Source: Chloroflexota bacterium (lineage in GTDB: Bacteria > Chloroflexota > Anaerolineae > Anaerolineales > UBA11858). Taken from it: 64,000 nucleotides of DNA. Below the pieces are notes generated by a model. It saw only the letters and a program-made list of their open reading frames with translations, searched no databases and was not told the origin of the DNA. The stretch covers positions 13,189 to 77,188 of the forward strand of contig QMOK01000001.1 of the NCBI GenBank assembly GCA_003648195.1. Direction: 5' to 3'. How positions within the stretch are numbered: position 1 is the stretch's first letter; every line of letters starts with the position of its first letter. Positions 1 to 10,578 of the stretch are shown here, one piece after another. The translations under genes were made by a program, and so were the position numbers.

Positions 1-2234
1 TTTTGGGGCAATCTCCAGGCAATAACCCCCTTGCCATAACGCCCTTGAACGGGGAAATCTTTCGGGGCAACACGCTTTGCTCGTCCAGTTGAAGTAAGCA
101 AGAAAACCTCGTCATCTGAAGGTAATATTTCAAAACCAATCACCCCATCCCCTTTTGCTAATTTCATACCATTCACGCCCGCGGCCACCAATCCCATGGG
201 GCGAACATCGGTTTCAGAGAAGCGAATGGACATCCCTTGCTTTGTCGCCAAGAAAATGTCGCTCTCTCCATTGCTTAGCCGAACGTCTACTAAACAATCC
301 CCATCATTGACCTTAACTAACGTAAATGGCTCAGCTGTGGGGCCAGGCAAGTCATTGATATAGCTCTTCTTGACCATACTTTCTTCGGTAACAGTAACAA
401 CGTACCAGTCTTCTTCTTGTTTTCTCTTGTACGGTAAGGCAAAAACAGCTCCAATTTTATCTTTCGCTTGAAGAGGAGTAAGTTTTGAGAATAAGGTTCC
501 TTGGGAAGGTTTTTCGGCTTCTGGTAAGGTGTGGACGGGGATACCTGCCGCTTGCCCTTGCGTGGTGACCACATAAAGCGTGTCTCGCGTGTTGACACGG
601 GCCAGCCAGTTGGGAACGTCCCAACCGCTGGGACGGGGAGTGCCATCATCTAGCGTGCGCGAGATAAGTCCCTCGCGGTTTACCATTACCCAAACGTCAT
701 CTGAAGGGGTTAGTTGCGTGAAAAGCATGGGAGCTTCTTTCTCGCCCCCTTCCACTTGGGCTATGTGAGTTCGCCGAGGATCAGCATATTCTTCTTTCAG
801 CTTTTGGAGTGATTCTGCTATTACGGCTCTCATTTTCTGGGGAGAATTCAGAAGCGATTTTAGGCTTTTAATTTTGGCGCGTATCTCTTGATATTCTTTT
901 TCCATTTTTTTACGTTCCATGGATGCCAGACGGCGAAGAGGCATATCCAGAATAGCTTGCGCCTGTATCTCGGATAAATGATAGTCGCGCCTTAGGTTGC
1001 TTTTAGCTGTTTGAGCTGAACGGGAACGGCGGATAGTGTCAATAACTTCGTCTAAATTATCTAAAGCTATTTGCAGGCCTTTTAGTATATGAGCGCGAGC
1101 TTCGGCTTTATCTAATTGATATTTGCTGCGTCTCTCAACAATTGCCAAGCGGTGCAAAATGTAAATATTAAGAGCTTGTTTCAAGCTTAGAAGACGTGGC
1201 TCTCCGTCTACTAAAGCCAACATAATGATACTAAAAGTAAGCTCCATGGTGGATTGTTTATATAATGCCTCTAGTACATCTTCTGGTTGTGCCAATTTGG
1301 TCAGCTCAATAACTATTCGCATTCCATGGCGGTCTGACTCATCCCGCAAATCTGCTATACCTTCCAAAGTTCCTTCACGAGCTAGCTTTGCAACTCGTTC
1401 AAGAACAGTGCTCTTCTTGGTCAAGTAGGGGAGTTCAGTAACTACAATCCGGTTCCGTCCACGGCTCATTTCCTCAACAATAGCTCGTGCTCGAACCCGT
1501 ATCCGGCCTCTTCCACTGCCATAAGCGCTTTTAAGACCACTTCGTCTGGTGTCCTGCAGAACCACTCCCCCTGTAGGAAAGTCAGGCCCTTGGATAAATT
1601 CTGTTAATTCTTCCACCGTAATGGCATCCAAATTTTCCCAATTTTCCAACATAAAATTTAGGGCATCAACAACTTCACCCAAATTGTGAGGGGGAATACT
1701 TGTTGACATCCCAACCGCGATTCCTGTTACTCCGTTAACAAGTAAATTTGGGAAAGAAGCTGGGAGAACTGTAGGTTCTTCGAGAGTGCCGTCAAAATTC
1801 TCGCGAAAATTTACTGTATCTTTGTCTAAATCTTCTAGCATGTGCATAGATGGGGACGCCATACGCGCTTCTGTGTAACGCATAGCTGCCGGCGAGTCGC
1901 CATCTATACTTCCGAAGTTGCCTTGACCATCTACCAAAGGGTAACGCATGGAAAAATCTTGTGCCATGCGTGCCATAGATTCATATACAGCCATGTCGCC
2001 GTGCGGATGATACTTTCCCAAAACCTCGCCAACTATACGCGCAGATTTTTTGTACGTGCTGTTAATATCAATGCCCATATTGTGCATGGCGTATAAAATT
2101 CGCCGATGAACGGGCTTTAAACCATCTCGCGCATCTGGTAATGCTCGAGAGACAATCACGCTCATTGCGTAATCTAAATAAGAATTTTGTATTTCTTCGT
2201 CAATATTTATTTGGCGAACTAAACCAATTTCCAT
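1..2234 (-). CDS. gyrA: DNA gyrase subunit A (C-terminus cut by window edge)
   Basis: Reverse translation from ATG at 2234 gives [50 protein letters not shown]. The catalytic-Tyr motif [10 protein letters not shown] lies near 1860-1890. The frame stays open to base 1, so it is absent from the ORF track (no stop in window). Confidence 0.92.
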   Translation of the reverse strand, partial: MEIGLVRQINIDEEIQNSYLDYAMSVIVSRALPDARDGLKPVHRRILYAMHNMGIDINSTYKKSARIVGEVLGKYHPHGDMAVYESMARMAQDFSMRYPLVDGQGNFGSIDGDSPAAMRYTEARMASPSMHMLEDLDKDTVNFRENFDGTLEEPTVLPASFPNLLVNGVTGIAVGMSTSIPPHNLGEVVDALNFMLENWENLDAITVEELTEFIQGPDFPTGGVVLQDTRRSGLKSAYGSGRGRIRVRARAIVEEMSRGRNRIVVTELPYLTKKSTVLERVAKLAREGTLEGIADLRDESDRHGMRIVIELTKLAQPEDVLEALYKQSTMELTFSIIMLALVDGEPRLLSLKQALNIYILHRLAIVERRSKYQLDKAEARAHILKGLQIALDNLDEVIDTIRRSRSAQTAKSNLRRDYHLSEIQAQAILDMPLRRLASMERKKMEKEYQEIRAKIKSLKSLLNSPQKMRAVIAESLQKLKEEYADPRRTHIAQVEGGEKEAPMLFTQLTPSDDVWVMVNREGLISRTLDDGTPRPSGWDVPNWLARVNTRDTLYVVTTQGQAAGIPVHTLPEAEKPSQGTLFSKLTPLQAKDKIGAVFALPYKRKQEEDWYVVTVTEESMVKKSYINDLPGPTAEPFTLVKVNDGDCLVDVRLSNGESDIFLATKQGMSIRFSETDVRPMGLVAAGVNGMKLAKGDGVIGFEILPSDDEVFLLTSTGRAKRVAPKDFPVQGRYGKGVIAWRLPQ

Positions 2235-2442
2235 AAAATCCTCCAACTGGAATAGGCATGCAACACGTATCCCCTATTTGTGTTCTAAGTTTTTGTATGA
2301 ATAAAAGGTTAATTGTTGAGGGCTGGGTTAGACCTACCTGGACACGTTTCAAGCCAAGAACCATCCCATTGTCGATGGGCATTATAACATGAATTAAAAT
2401 GCGAAATAGAACAAATTTGCTAAACGACTTCTCAATGGATGC

Positions 2443-2481
2443 TTAAAAGAAAACCCCCCAGTTTTACGAGCATCTGGGGGG
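2443..2481 (-). terminator. Rho-independent terminator downstream of rpoC
   Basis: On the minus strand: CCCCCCAG, a 12-nt loop, CTGGGGGG, then TTTTCTTTT. Located 22 nt after the rpoC stop. Confidence 0.7.
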
Positions 2482-2502
2482 CGGAAAGAGCATGTCAAAG
2501 AA

Positions 2503-5500
2503 TTATTCGGTCTTGGTTTCTTCGTCTGTATCTTCTTCTGTTTGTTCTTCAGTTTCCGGGACAGATTCTGTCTCAATCTCGGTTTCTGCCGCGAACTCAG
2601 GTTCGGTATCTGCTTCTGGTTCGGTTTCTGCCGTGAACTCAGGCTCGGTATCTGCTTCTGGTTCGGTTTCTGCCGTGAACTCAGGCTCGGTATCCGCTTC
2701 TGGTTCGGTTTCTGCCGTGAACTCAGGCTCGGTATCTGCTTCTGGTTCGGTTTCAGGCTCAGCTTCATCATCTTCTGCGTCTGTAAAAACTCCCTGTTTG
2801 AAACCAGTCCCAGCGGGGATCAATTTACCGATAATCACGTTTTCTTTCAACCCATACAATGGATCTTCCGCGCCTTCTATGGCGGCTCGTGAAAGGACTT
2901 TAATTGTGTGTTGGAATGAGGCCGCGGAAAGGAATGAATCGGTTTCCAGCGCAGCTTTCGTGACTCCCAATAAGACTTCCTCAAACAAAGCAGGGCGTTT
3001 TCCTTCAGCTAATAATTTTTCATTTTCTCGCATCAGCTTAACACGGTTCACCAAATCGCCTGGGAGGTGTTCTGTATCTCCAGTATCTGTTACCGTAGCC
3101 CAAGACATCGTTTTCGAAACAACTACTTCAAAGTGTTTGTCATGGATATTTTGCCCTTGGGATCGGTATACTTTTTGAACTTCAGCTAGAATATAGTTTT
3201 GGCACACACGTCTGCCTCGAATACGCAGAAGGTCATGGGTGTTTGCCGAACCTATGGTTAGTGGTTGCGCTGGCTCTACATGCTCACCATCAACAACGGC
3301 CAAATGAGCATTGCTAGGAAGTTGGTATACCTTTTCATCGCTTACTTCATAGGAAACAATCACATCACCGTCTTCAAAGCGGACTTTCCCGCCATTTTCC
3401 GCGATGATGATCGCTTCTTCACCATGAGTAGCAATTGTACTTCCTTCTTCAATTTGGTCTTCTTCTTGAACATTGAGCGTCCAGTCATCAGGGATTTGGT
3501 AAGTATCACTTACCATCTCATTATTGTCGATGCGAACAATACGCATGTCACTATAACGGTCTGACGCCTCTATGTGTACTGTCCCCGCAATTTCGGTTAG
3601 AACAGCCTCACCTTTGGGAGATTTGCGGGCCTCGAAAAGCTCTTCAATACGGGGCAAACCGGTTGTGATATCGCTGGCGGCAGCCACACCACCAGTATGG
3701 AAAGTCCGCAGAGTTAGCTGTGTGCCTGGCTCACCAATAGACTGGGCCGCGATAATTCCTACCGCAGTACCTTTCTCTACCAAACGCCCTCGTCCAAGGT
3801 CTAAGCCATAGCATTTCGCGCATACGCCATGCTCTAATTCACAGGTTAAAGGAGAATAAACTTTTACGCTATCAATAGTGGATTGTTCAATTTGCCGGGC
3901 AGATGCGTGAGAGACAAGAGAGCCTTTTTCCAACATTATCTCTCCCGTCTCGGCGTCTATAATGTGTTCAGCTACAACACGCCCAAATATACGCTCCTTG
4001 AACTCTTGCCCTCCAATATCCTCGCTTCGCTCGATAACAATACATTCTTCTGTCCCGCAATCATCCGCGTTGACAATAATGTCTTGCGAAACATCAACCA
4101 GACGCCGAGTAAGATAACCGGCATCAGCCGTTCGCAAAGCAGTATCAGCGAGGCCTTTGCGAGCACCATGACTAGAAATGAAGTATTCTAACGCTGTTAA
4201 GCCTTCTCGGAAACTAGAAATAATGGGAACAGTAATAACTCGGCCAGAAGGGTCGGCCATCAAACCTCGCATACCAGATAGTTGGGCAATAGGGCCAAAA
4301 CCACCTTTTGTCGCTCCAGACATAGCCATCACTGTCATATCTCCATGAGGATTCATGTTTTCTTTCACAGCTTTAGCAACTTGCGAAGTTGTCTCTTGCC
4401 AAATACTTACAAGTCGTTCATCTTGTTCTTGTTCAGTTAATAAACCTCTTCGGAAACTTCGTTCTACCTTCTTCACTTGTTCTAAGGCTTCTTGAACGAT
4501 CTTCTCTTTAACAGGCGGGATTTTAATATCTGAGATTGCTATTGAATATCCAGAGCGCGTAGCATATTTGAAACCAATATTTTTGATGTCATCGGCTGCT
4601 TTTGCGGTGGTTTCTTCATCACAAATTTCGTATATCTCCGAAATAAGCTCTTTTATGCCCCCTTTATCCAATGTCCAGTTTACATACTGCACCTCGGGAG
4701 GTAGGGACGTGTTGAAAATCGCTTGTCCTACGGTCGTCTCAATCAGGCGCTCTTCCATTTCGTCAAGCCGATCTCGGTTTTCAGAATACCATGTTTTAGT
4801 AAGCAAACGTATCTTGGTTGGAATCTCAACTTGCTTCAAGGTATAAGCCATTTCAACTTCATCGCTGGTGGAAAAAACTCGCCCTTCGCCTCGGTAATGG
4901 CGATCGTCTTCATTAGTGAGATAATAAACGCCCAACACCATGTCTTTGGCAGGCAAAATGATCGGTTCTCCGCTTGCTGGTTTGAGCAAGTTTTTCGAAG
5001 AAAGCATTAATTCCCGCGCTTCTTTGACGGCTTCTTTAGAAAGGGGAACATGAACGGCCATCTGGTCGCCATCAAAGTCAGCATTGAAAGCTGGGCAAAC
5101 CAAAGGATGTAACTGAATAGCATTACCTTCAATGAGTTGGGGTTCAAAAGCTTGGATTCCCAAACGATGCAAAGTAGGAGCGCGGTTCAATAAAACAGGA
5201 CGGGTTAGAATGGCTTCATCTAAAGCTTCCCACACTTCTGGGCGATTTCTCTCAATTAACCGTTTCGCTCCCTTTACATTGGTGGCATAACCTTTTTCAA
5301 CTAACAGGGAAATTACAAAAGGTCTATATAACTCTAACCCCATTTTCTTGGGTAAACCACATTGATGCATCTCAAGTTTCGCGCCCGAAACAATGACCGA
5401 ACGTCCAGAGTAGTCTACACGTTTTCCTAACAAGTTACGGCGGAAACGTCCCTTTTTTCCTTTCAACATGTCACTAAGCGACTGTAGCTCTCGTTTTCCA

Positions 5501-6957
5501 CGACGTGAAAGAGCTTTTCCGCGCTGAGAGTTATCAATCAGGGAATCTACTGCTTCTTGCAACATACGTTTTTCATTCCGAACAATCACATCGGGGGCGC
5601 CTAATTCTAGCAATCGTTTCAAACGATTGTTGCGGTTAATGACGCGCCGATAAAGATCGTTCAGGTCAGAGGTAGCAAAGCGCCCGCCATCTAGCTGCAC
5701 CATGGGGCGTAGGTCGGGTGGAATCACCGGCAAAACAGTTATGATCATCCATTCTGGTTTACTGCCAGACTCAAGAAAAGCGGTGACAATTTTCAAGCGT
5801 TTCGTAGCTCTTTTGCGCTTTTGCTTACTTCCAGTAGTACGAATCTCATGCCACAATTCCTTGGATAACGCTTCTAAATCCAGGCGTTTCAAAATATCAA
5901 GAAAAGCCTCTGCGCCCATTTCGGCTTGAAATATCTGTCCCCAGCGAGAACGCAAATCTCGGTAGTCTGTGTTTCCCAAGAACATAAGGGGCTGCAAGTC
6001 AAGCAGTTCTTGTCGCAAGCGTTTGTATTCTTCTTGAGAATCTTTACGTTCTTGTTCAAGTCGCTCCTGAAGTTCGTCTATAATTTGCGAAGTTTCAGCC
6101 CGAACGCGAGCAATATCTATTTTGATATGTTCTAACTCTCGTTCCTTTTGAGATTTGAGTTCATCTTCAATCTCTTTCAAACTCCCCTTAACAACATCTT
6201 GAACATTAGAAATATGAGAAGTGCTGATTTCTTCCTTTGCTTTAACAATGACCTCGTCAGTTTCAGGGAAAATAATATCATCAGCAGTGATAGAACCAAC
6301 TTGATCTTGTAAAGCGCGTTCTAGCTGTTGGCCTTGTTTGATAAGCGGCTCTAATTTCGCGGCAATTTTCTCATCGTATTTAGCCTCGACTTGCTTTTTG
6401 CTTTCCTCGAATGCCGCGAGTTTTTCTTCACGATCAATTTCGCACGCGGCAATTTGAGAAATAATATCTGCGCCAATGCTTCCTTCATCACTAGTATAAT
6501 CTTCTTTTAGCTGATCAAGTGTTTTTTGGCGGCTTTCCTCATCTACGTAAGTGACCATGTACTGAGCAAAGTACAAAACCCGGTCTAAATCTCGCCGGGA
6601 TATATCCAGCAGTCTCCCCAACATAGAAGGAATACGGCGAGAAAACCAGAGGTGCGCTACAGGAGCAGCTAGCTTAATATGCCCCATTCGTTCGCGGCGC
6701 ACTGACGAACGAGTAATTTCTACTCCACATTTATCACAAACGATTCCCTTATACCGAATGTTTTTATATTTTCCACAATAGCATTGATAGTCGCGCGTTG
6801 GCCCGAAAATAGCTTCACAAAACAAGCCATCTTTTTCGGGTCGTAAGCGCCGGTAATTGATCGTTTCTGGCTCTAACACCTCTCCATAAGACCAACTTAA
6901 AATAGTTTCGGGTGAAGCTAGACCGATACGAAGTTTTGTCAACCCCTTAGATTTCAT
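2503..6957 (-). CDS. rpoC: DNA-directed RNA polymerase subunit beta'
   Basis: 1494-aa ORF with beta' hallmarks: [12 protein letters not shown] catalytic loop, the CxCGK..C..CGVE zinc motif and the trigger-loop region. I prefer ATG at 6957 ([17 protein letters not shown]), preceded by AGGAGGAAGTTAC, over the TTG at 6987. Confidence 0.95.
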   Translation of the reverse strand: MKSKGLTKLRIGLASPETILSWSYGEVLEPETINYRRLRPEKDGLFCEAIFGPTRDYQCYCGKYKNIRYKGIVCDKCGVEITRSSVRRERMGHIKLAAPVAHLWFSRRIPSMLGRLLDISRRDLDRVLYFAQYMVTYVDEESRQKTLDQLKEDYTSDEGSIGADIISQIAACEIDREEKLAAFEESKKQVEAKYDEKIAAKLEPLIKQGQQLERALQDQVGSITADDIIFPETDEVIVKAKEEISTSHISNVQDVVKGSLKEIEDELKSQKERELEHIKIDIARVRAETSQIIDELQERLEQERKDSQEEYKRLRQELLDLQPLMFLGNTDYRDLRSRWGQIFQAEMGAEAFLDILKRLDLEALSKELWHEIRTTGSKQKRKRATKRLKIVTAFLESGSKPEWMIITVLPVIPPDLRPMVQLDGGRFATSDLNDLYRRVINRNNRLKRLLELGAPDVIVRNEKRMLQEAVDSLIDNSQRGKALSRRGKRELQSLSDMLKGKKGRFRRNLLGKRVDYSGRSVIVSGAKLEMHQCGLPKKMGLELYRPFVISLLVEKGYATNVKGAKRLIERNRPEVWEALDEAILTRPVLLNRAPTLHRLGIQAFEPQLIEGNAIQLHPLVCPAFNADFDGDQMAVHVPLSKEAVKEARELMLSSKNLLKPASGEPIILPAKDMVLGVYYLTNEDDRHYRGEGRVFSTSDEVEMAYTLKQVEIPTKIRLLTKTWYSENRDRLDEMEERLIETTVGQAIFNTSLPPEVQYVNWTLDKGGIKELISEIYEICDEETTAKAADDIKNIGFKYATRSGYSIAISDIKIPPVKEKIVQEALEQVKKVERSFRRGLLTEQEQDERLVSIWQETTSQVAKAVKENMNPHGDMTVMAMSGATKGGFGPIAQLSGMRGLMADPSGRVITVPIISSFREGLTALEYFISSHGARKGLADTALRTADAGYLTRRLVDVSQDIIVNADDCGTEECIVIERSEDIGGQEFKERIFGRVVAEHIIDAETGEIMLEKGSLVSHASARQIEQSTIDSVKVYSPLTCELEHGVCAKCYGLDLGRGRLVEKGTAVGIIAAQSIGEPGTQLTLRTFHTGGVAAASDITTGLPRIEELFEARKSPKGEAVLTEIAGTVHIEASDRYSDMRIVRIDNNEMVSDTYQIPDDWTLNVQEEDQIEEGSTIATHGEEAIIIAENGGKVRFEDGDVIVSYEVSDEKVYQLPSNAHLAVVDGEHVEPAQPLTIGSANTHDLLRIRGRRVCQNYILAEVQKVYRSQGQNIHDKHFEVVVSKTMSWATVTDTGDTEHLPGDLVNRVKLMRENEKLLAEGKRPALFEEVLLGVTKAALETDSFLSAASFQHTIKVLSRAAIEGAEDPLYGLKENVIIGKLIPAGTGFKQGVFTDAEDDEAEPETEPEADTEPEFTAETEPEADTEPEFTAETEPEADTEPEFTAETEPEADTEPEFAAETEIETESVPETEEQTEEDTDEETKTE
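2581..2760. repeat. Four in-frame 42-bp tandem repeats plus a partial fifth, at the 3' end of rpoC
   Basis: Units 2581-2622, 2623-2664, 2665-2706 and 2707-2748 are ggtttctgccgtgaactcaggctcggtatctgcttctggttc with 0-3 mismatches each. They encode [14 protein letters not shown] four times. Confidence 0.92.
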
Positions 6958-7134
6958 GTAACTTCCTCCTATAATATTATTGCTCAACCCATTTCAGTCT
7001 CTTTATTAATGAAGAGCATTAGAACAGATGTGCTAAACTCGCCACATACGAAAACAAGCGCATGAGAATACACCTCAAACGCTTGCTATTTTTTCAACTT
7101 TTTCACTTCTTTATTTTGTGACATGCAAAGTGTA

Positions 7135-7163
7135 ATTATATAAAACATTTTTGTATACGTCAA
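7135..7163 (-). promoter_or_regulatory. Sigma70-type promoter for rpoC
   Basis: Minus strand reads TTGACG, a 17-nt spacer (tatacaaaaatgtttta), then TATAAT. Located about 175 nt upstream of the rpoC ATG. Confidence 0.6.
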
Positions 7164-7412
7164 GACGTTTGGGCTTGAAAAATATGATGAATTCCTAAAA
7201 ACAAACGCGTAATAAACTTCTGTTTGGGAATGGTGAAAAAGTAAGTGATGTCACGGCGAACCGATGTTTTTCGGCGTGGAAATTTCTTCGTTTGCTAAAC
7301 TGGCGAACAGACACGAAGTCAGGTGAAGATGATATAATCCAGCCACACCAACAAGCCATTATTTACATCTGTTCACCATTTACTTGTTCACCCACATTTA
7401 AGGAGACCATCC

Positions 7413-9224
7413 ATGAAAAAACTCTATTCCGGGAACGAAGCCATCGCTAGGGGCGCGTACGAAAGCGGCGTCATTCTGGCCTCGGCCTACCCCGGCACCC
7501 CTAGCACAGAAATACTAGAAACCATCGTCCAATATTCCGAAATCACCTCGGAATGGGCGCCCAACGAAAAGGTAGCCCTCGATGTAGCCGTGGGCGGAGC
7601 CTACGCTGGTGTGCGCTCAATGGCGGTGATGAAACACGTTGGCCTCAACGTGGCCGCTGACTCTTTCTTCTACGTCGCCATGACTGGGGCAGAAAGCGGA
7701 CTGGTGATAGTCACCGCAGATGACCCCGCCATGCACAGTTCTCAAAACGAGCAAGATAACCGCCGCTACGCCAAATTTGCCCGTGTCCCCTGCCTAGAGC
7801 CGAGCGACAGCCAAGAAGCCAAAGACATGGTCGGCGCGGCATTCGAGATCAGCGAACGTTTCGATACCCCCGTTTTGCTGCGCATCACCACCCGCATCGC
7901 CCATTCGCACTCCCCGCTGGAGCTTGGCGAGCGCTCCACAGAAATGGATGCTCGTGACCCGCTCAAATTCCGCATTGACCGCACAAAATACGTCATGGTT
8001 CCCGGCAACGCCCGCAAACGCCACCCTATCATTGAAGAACGGGTAACAGAGGTATCTAAATTCGCCGAGGATTTCGCCTATAACCTGGTCGAGATGGGCG
8101 ACACCAAACTGGGCATCATCACCAACGGCATTGCCTACCAATACGCCAAAGAAGTCTTCCCCAAAGCCTCTTTCTTGCGCTTGGGGATGACCTACCCTCT
8201 TCCCCCGGCGCTGATTCGCGACTTTGCCGCCAAGGTGGATCGCCTGATTGTGGTAGAAGAACTAGACCCATTCTTGGAAGAAGAAATCCGGCTGATGGGG
8301 ATTCCCGTGGAGGGGAAAAGCATCTTCCCCATCGTGGGGGAGCTGGATTCCGGTGTGGTGCGTGATTGCGCCATCCGCGCGGGGTTGCAGCTCGTTGAAG
8401 AAACAGCGTCTACCACTCCCCCAGAGGGGATTCCCTCCCTCCCCCAGCGTCCCCCCCTGCTCTGCCCGGGATGCCCCCACCGGGGCGTTTTCCACATCAC
8501 CAACAAATTAAAAGTTGTCGTCAACGGCGATATTGGCTGTTACACGCTAGGATTTTTGCCGCCCTTATCTGCCCTCCATAGTTGCGGCTGCATGGGAGCC
8601 AGCATTGGCGTGGCGCACGGAGCGAACAAAGCCGGAACCAAGCAAAAGAACGTGGCCGTGATTGGCGATTCTACATTTTTCCACACGGGTATGCCGGCCC
8701 TGCTGAACACGGCGTATAACAAAAGCGACACTGTGACCATCATCCTGGATAACCGCACCACGGCCATGACCGGACATCAGGAAAACCCGGCCACCGGCTT
8801 CACGCTTTCGGGGGAGCCGACCTTTGAGGTCGATTTTGAAGCTCTGGTGCGTGCGCTGGGGATTGAGCACGTTTCTACTGTGGACGCCTACGACCTAGAC
8901 GGGGTAGAAGCTGCGCTGCGAGCTGCCTTAGCCGTAGATGGCCCGGCGGTGGTGATTGCCAAACGCGCCTGCGCCCTGCTGCCCGAAGCCCGCAAAGAAT
9001 GGATGCCCCTTGAGATAAACCCGGAGCAGTGCAACGGCTGCGGGATGTGTTTTAGAATTGGCTGCCCGGCCATTGTGCGCTCAGAAGAAAAGGACGCTAA
9101 AACGGGTCGCTTCTTGGCGAAGATAGACCCGCTGTTATGCACCGGATGTGAAATTTGCGCCCAAGTTTGCCCACGGGACGCGATTTATTTCAGAGAGCAA
9201 ATGTTGGGAAAAGAGGAGAAATGA
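7413..9224 (+). CDS. iorA: Indolepyruvate:ferredoxin oxidoreductase alpha subunit
   Basis: 603 aa. It has an N-terminal pyrimidine-binding and TPP-binding 2-oxoacid oxidoreductase layout. The C-terminus has two 4Fe-4S motifs, CNGCGMCFRIGCP and CTGCEICAQVCP. RBS AAGGAGA lies upstream. Confidence 0.85.
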   Translation: MKKLYSGNEAIARGAYESGVILASAYPGTPSTEILETIVQYSEITSEWAPNEKVALDVAVGGAYAGVRSMAVMKHVGLNVAADSFFYVAMTGAESGLVIVTADDPAMHSSQNEQDNRRYAKFARVPCLEPSDSQEAKDMVGAAFEISERFDTPVLLRITTRIAHSHSPLELGERSTEMDARDPLKFRIDRTKYVMVPGNARKRHPIIEERVTEVSKFAEDFAYNLVEMGDTKLGIITNGIAYQYAKEVFPKASFLRLGMTYPLPPALIRDFAAKVDRLIVVEELDPFLEEEIRLMGIPVEGKSIFPIVGELDSGVVRDCAIRAGLQLVEETASTTPPEGIPSLPQRPPLLCPGCPHRGVFHITNKLKVVVNGDIGCYTLGFLPPLSALHSCGCMGASIGVAHGANKAGTKQKNVAVIGDSTFFHTGMPALLNTAYNKSDTVTIILDNRTTAMTGHQENPATGFTLSGEPTFEVDFEALVRALGIEHVSTVDAYDLDGVEAALRAALAVDGPAVVIAKRACALLPEARKEWMPLEINPEQCNGCGMCFRIGCPAIVRSEEKDAKTGRFLAKIDPLLCTGCEICAQVCPRDAIYFREQMLGKEEK

Positions 9225-9814
9225 GCATGAAAACGATGAACTTTTTGGTAGTAGGTGTGGGAGGTCAGGGAGCGTTGCTGGCCAGCAACGTTTTAGCCGA
9301 GGTAGGCGTGAGGGCTGGTTTCGACGTTAAAAAGGCCGAGGTGCACGGTATGTCGCAGCGTGGCGGGAGCGTAAACAGTCACGTGCGCTGGGGAGAGGAT
9401 GTGAAATCCCCAACCATTGCCAAAGGGGAAACGGATGTGCTTTTTTCGTTAGAGAAACTTGAATCCCTGCGCTATATCTCATCGCTTCGGCAAGGGGGGA
9501 TAGCTTTGGTGGGAGAATCTGTCATTCCGCCGCTTACCGTTAGCTCTGGCGAGGATTCCTACCCCGTGGATGAGGAGATCGCCCGCGTTTTCGAGCAGGT
9601 GACAGATAACTTTCACTTCATTCCCACCCAGACGCTGGCAAAAGAAGCCGGAACCTCGCGGGCACATAACGTTGTCCTCTTGGGTGCGCTATCTTCATTT
9701 ATAGACGATGTGCCAGAAGAGATTTGGCTGGAGGTCATCGCCGAGCGGGTGCCGAAGAAGTACGTGGAGGTTAATCAGGCGGCGTTTAGGGCAGGGAGGG
9801 CGGTGGTTGGGTAG
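9221..9814 (+). CDS. iorB: Indolepyruvate:ferredoxin oxidoreductase beta subunit
   Basis: MSMKTMNFLVVGVGGQGALLASNVL (the GxGGQG motif of the gamma/IorB family). The start overlaps the iorA stop as ATGA, and GAGGAG lies upstream. Confidence 0.85.
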   Translation: MSMKTMNFLVVGVGGQGALLASNVLAEVGVRAGFDVKKAEVHGMSQRGGSVNSHVRWGEDVKSPTIAKGETDVLFSLEKLESLRYISSLRQGGIALVGESVIPPLTVSSGEDSYPVDEEIARVFEQVTDNFHFIPTQTLAKEAGTSRAHNVVLLGALSSFIDDVPEEIWLEVIAERVPKKYVEVNQAAFRAGRAVVG

Positions 9815-9866
9815 TTTGATAGTTGAATAGTTTGATAGTTGAATAGTTTGGTAATTGGATAGTCGG
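9812..9866. repeat. C-free 8-nt-period stutter tract (TAGTTTGA/TAGTTGAA units)
   Basis: tagtttgatagttgaa occurs twice, then tagtttggtaattggatagt. There is no C on the plus strand from 9802 to 9863 (62 nt). Confidence 0.85.
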
Positions 9867-10000
9867 GTTCGTAAAATAACCTCTGAGTCGGATTGATCCG
9901 ACTTCGCTTGTCAGCCCGCAATTTATTCGCGGGGCTGGAAGTCATCGCCGAGCGGTTGCCATTGGCATACTGCGCACGCTAAGGGAGAAACAGGCAAAAT

Positions 10001-10351
10001 ATGAATAAAAAATATCCGCTCGTGAGCGCGGCGTCAACTATTTTTAGTTTTTTGGGTATGGCAATATTCATAGTTGGCAATTGGATAGCTATTACCAAAG
10101 CCGAAATTAGAATAACAATGCCCGTGGTGAATATGCTCATAGCCGACAGTTACACCATCCCCATCCCCGCCGCTATTAGGTGGGCGTTTGCTGGCGTGAA
10201 CACGTTCACCGCGTTTGTGTTTGTAACTATAGGCGAATGGATAAAACTGCACCTTGATACGGCCACCGAAACGGAGCGACTCAGCACCTGGGTACGGTCA
10301 GAATATGTCAAGCGCAGACCCGATAGTTCTCGCGTGTGGCGCGATGACTGA
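10001..10351 (+). CDS. Hypothetical small membrane protein
   Basis: 116-aa ORF with GGGAGAAAC upstream and 2-3 hydrophobic segments. I recognise no family. Confidence 0.45.
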   Translation: MNKKYPLVSAASTIFSFLGMAIFIVGNWIAITKAEIRITMPVVNMLIADSYTIPIPAAIRWAFAGVNTFTAFVFVTIGEWIKLHLDTATETERLSTWVRSEYVKRRPDSSRVWRDD

Positions 10352-10499
10352 CCAATACGTCACCTACCTGCGAGACAGCGGCGAGCCGGGACAAGAAACT
10401 TCCACAGACCAACAATACGCACGCGAGAACGGCTACACCATCACCCGCACATTCCATGACCGAGAGGGTATTGAAGAACGGTTGCTTTTGCCCAGTTAA
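10343..10499 (+). pseudogene. Possible N-terminal remnant of a serine recombinase/resolvase
   Basis: MTDQYVTYLRDSGEPGQETSTDQQYARENGYTITRTFHDREG resembles the resolvase pattern Y-x-R-x-S...Q...A...G......D.G.SG. It stops after about 50 aa, immediately before a hairpin repeat. Confidence 0.3.
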
Positions 10500-10510
10500 T
10501 TAACTTGACA

Positions 10511-10570
10511 ATGTCACTGCGAGCGAAGCGCGGCAGTCCCCCTCATAGTCAAAAACGCTCGCAGTGACAT
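10511..10570. repeat. MITE/REP-like hairpin element, short copy (family ATGTCRYTGCGA...TCGCRGCGACAT)
   Basis: A 15-bp perfect inverted repeat, atgtcactgcgagcg ... cgctcgcagtgacat. The termini match those of the elements at 26191-26303 and 38013-38098. Confidence 0.75.
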
Positions 10571-10578
10571 AAGTTTCT

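Noticed and set aside
2581-2760. I considered whether the tandem repeats here, or the stutter tracts (9812-9866, 39474-39600, 53631-53678), could be CRISPR arrays.
   Set aside because: There is no alternation of conserved 25-40-nt repeats with unique spacers. The units are contiguous 42-mers or ~8-mers. No cas genes are present.
2394-3178. Three ORFs (125, 228 and 116 aa) with repetitive KPNQK / SGSVSA / GFCRELR sequences overlap the rpoC 3' end.
   Set aside because: They are alternative-frame or antisense readings of the 42-bp tandem repeat inside rpoC. The rpoC frame is the one continuous with conserved beta' sequence.
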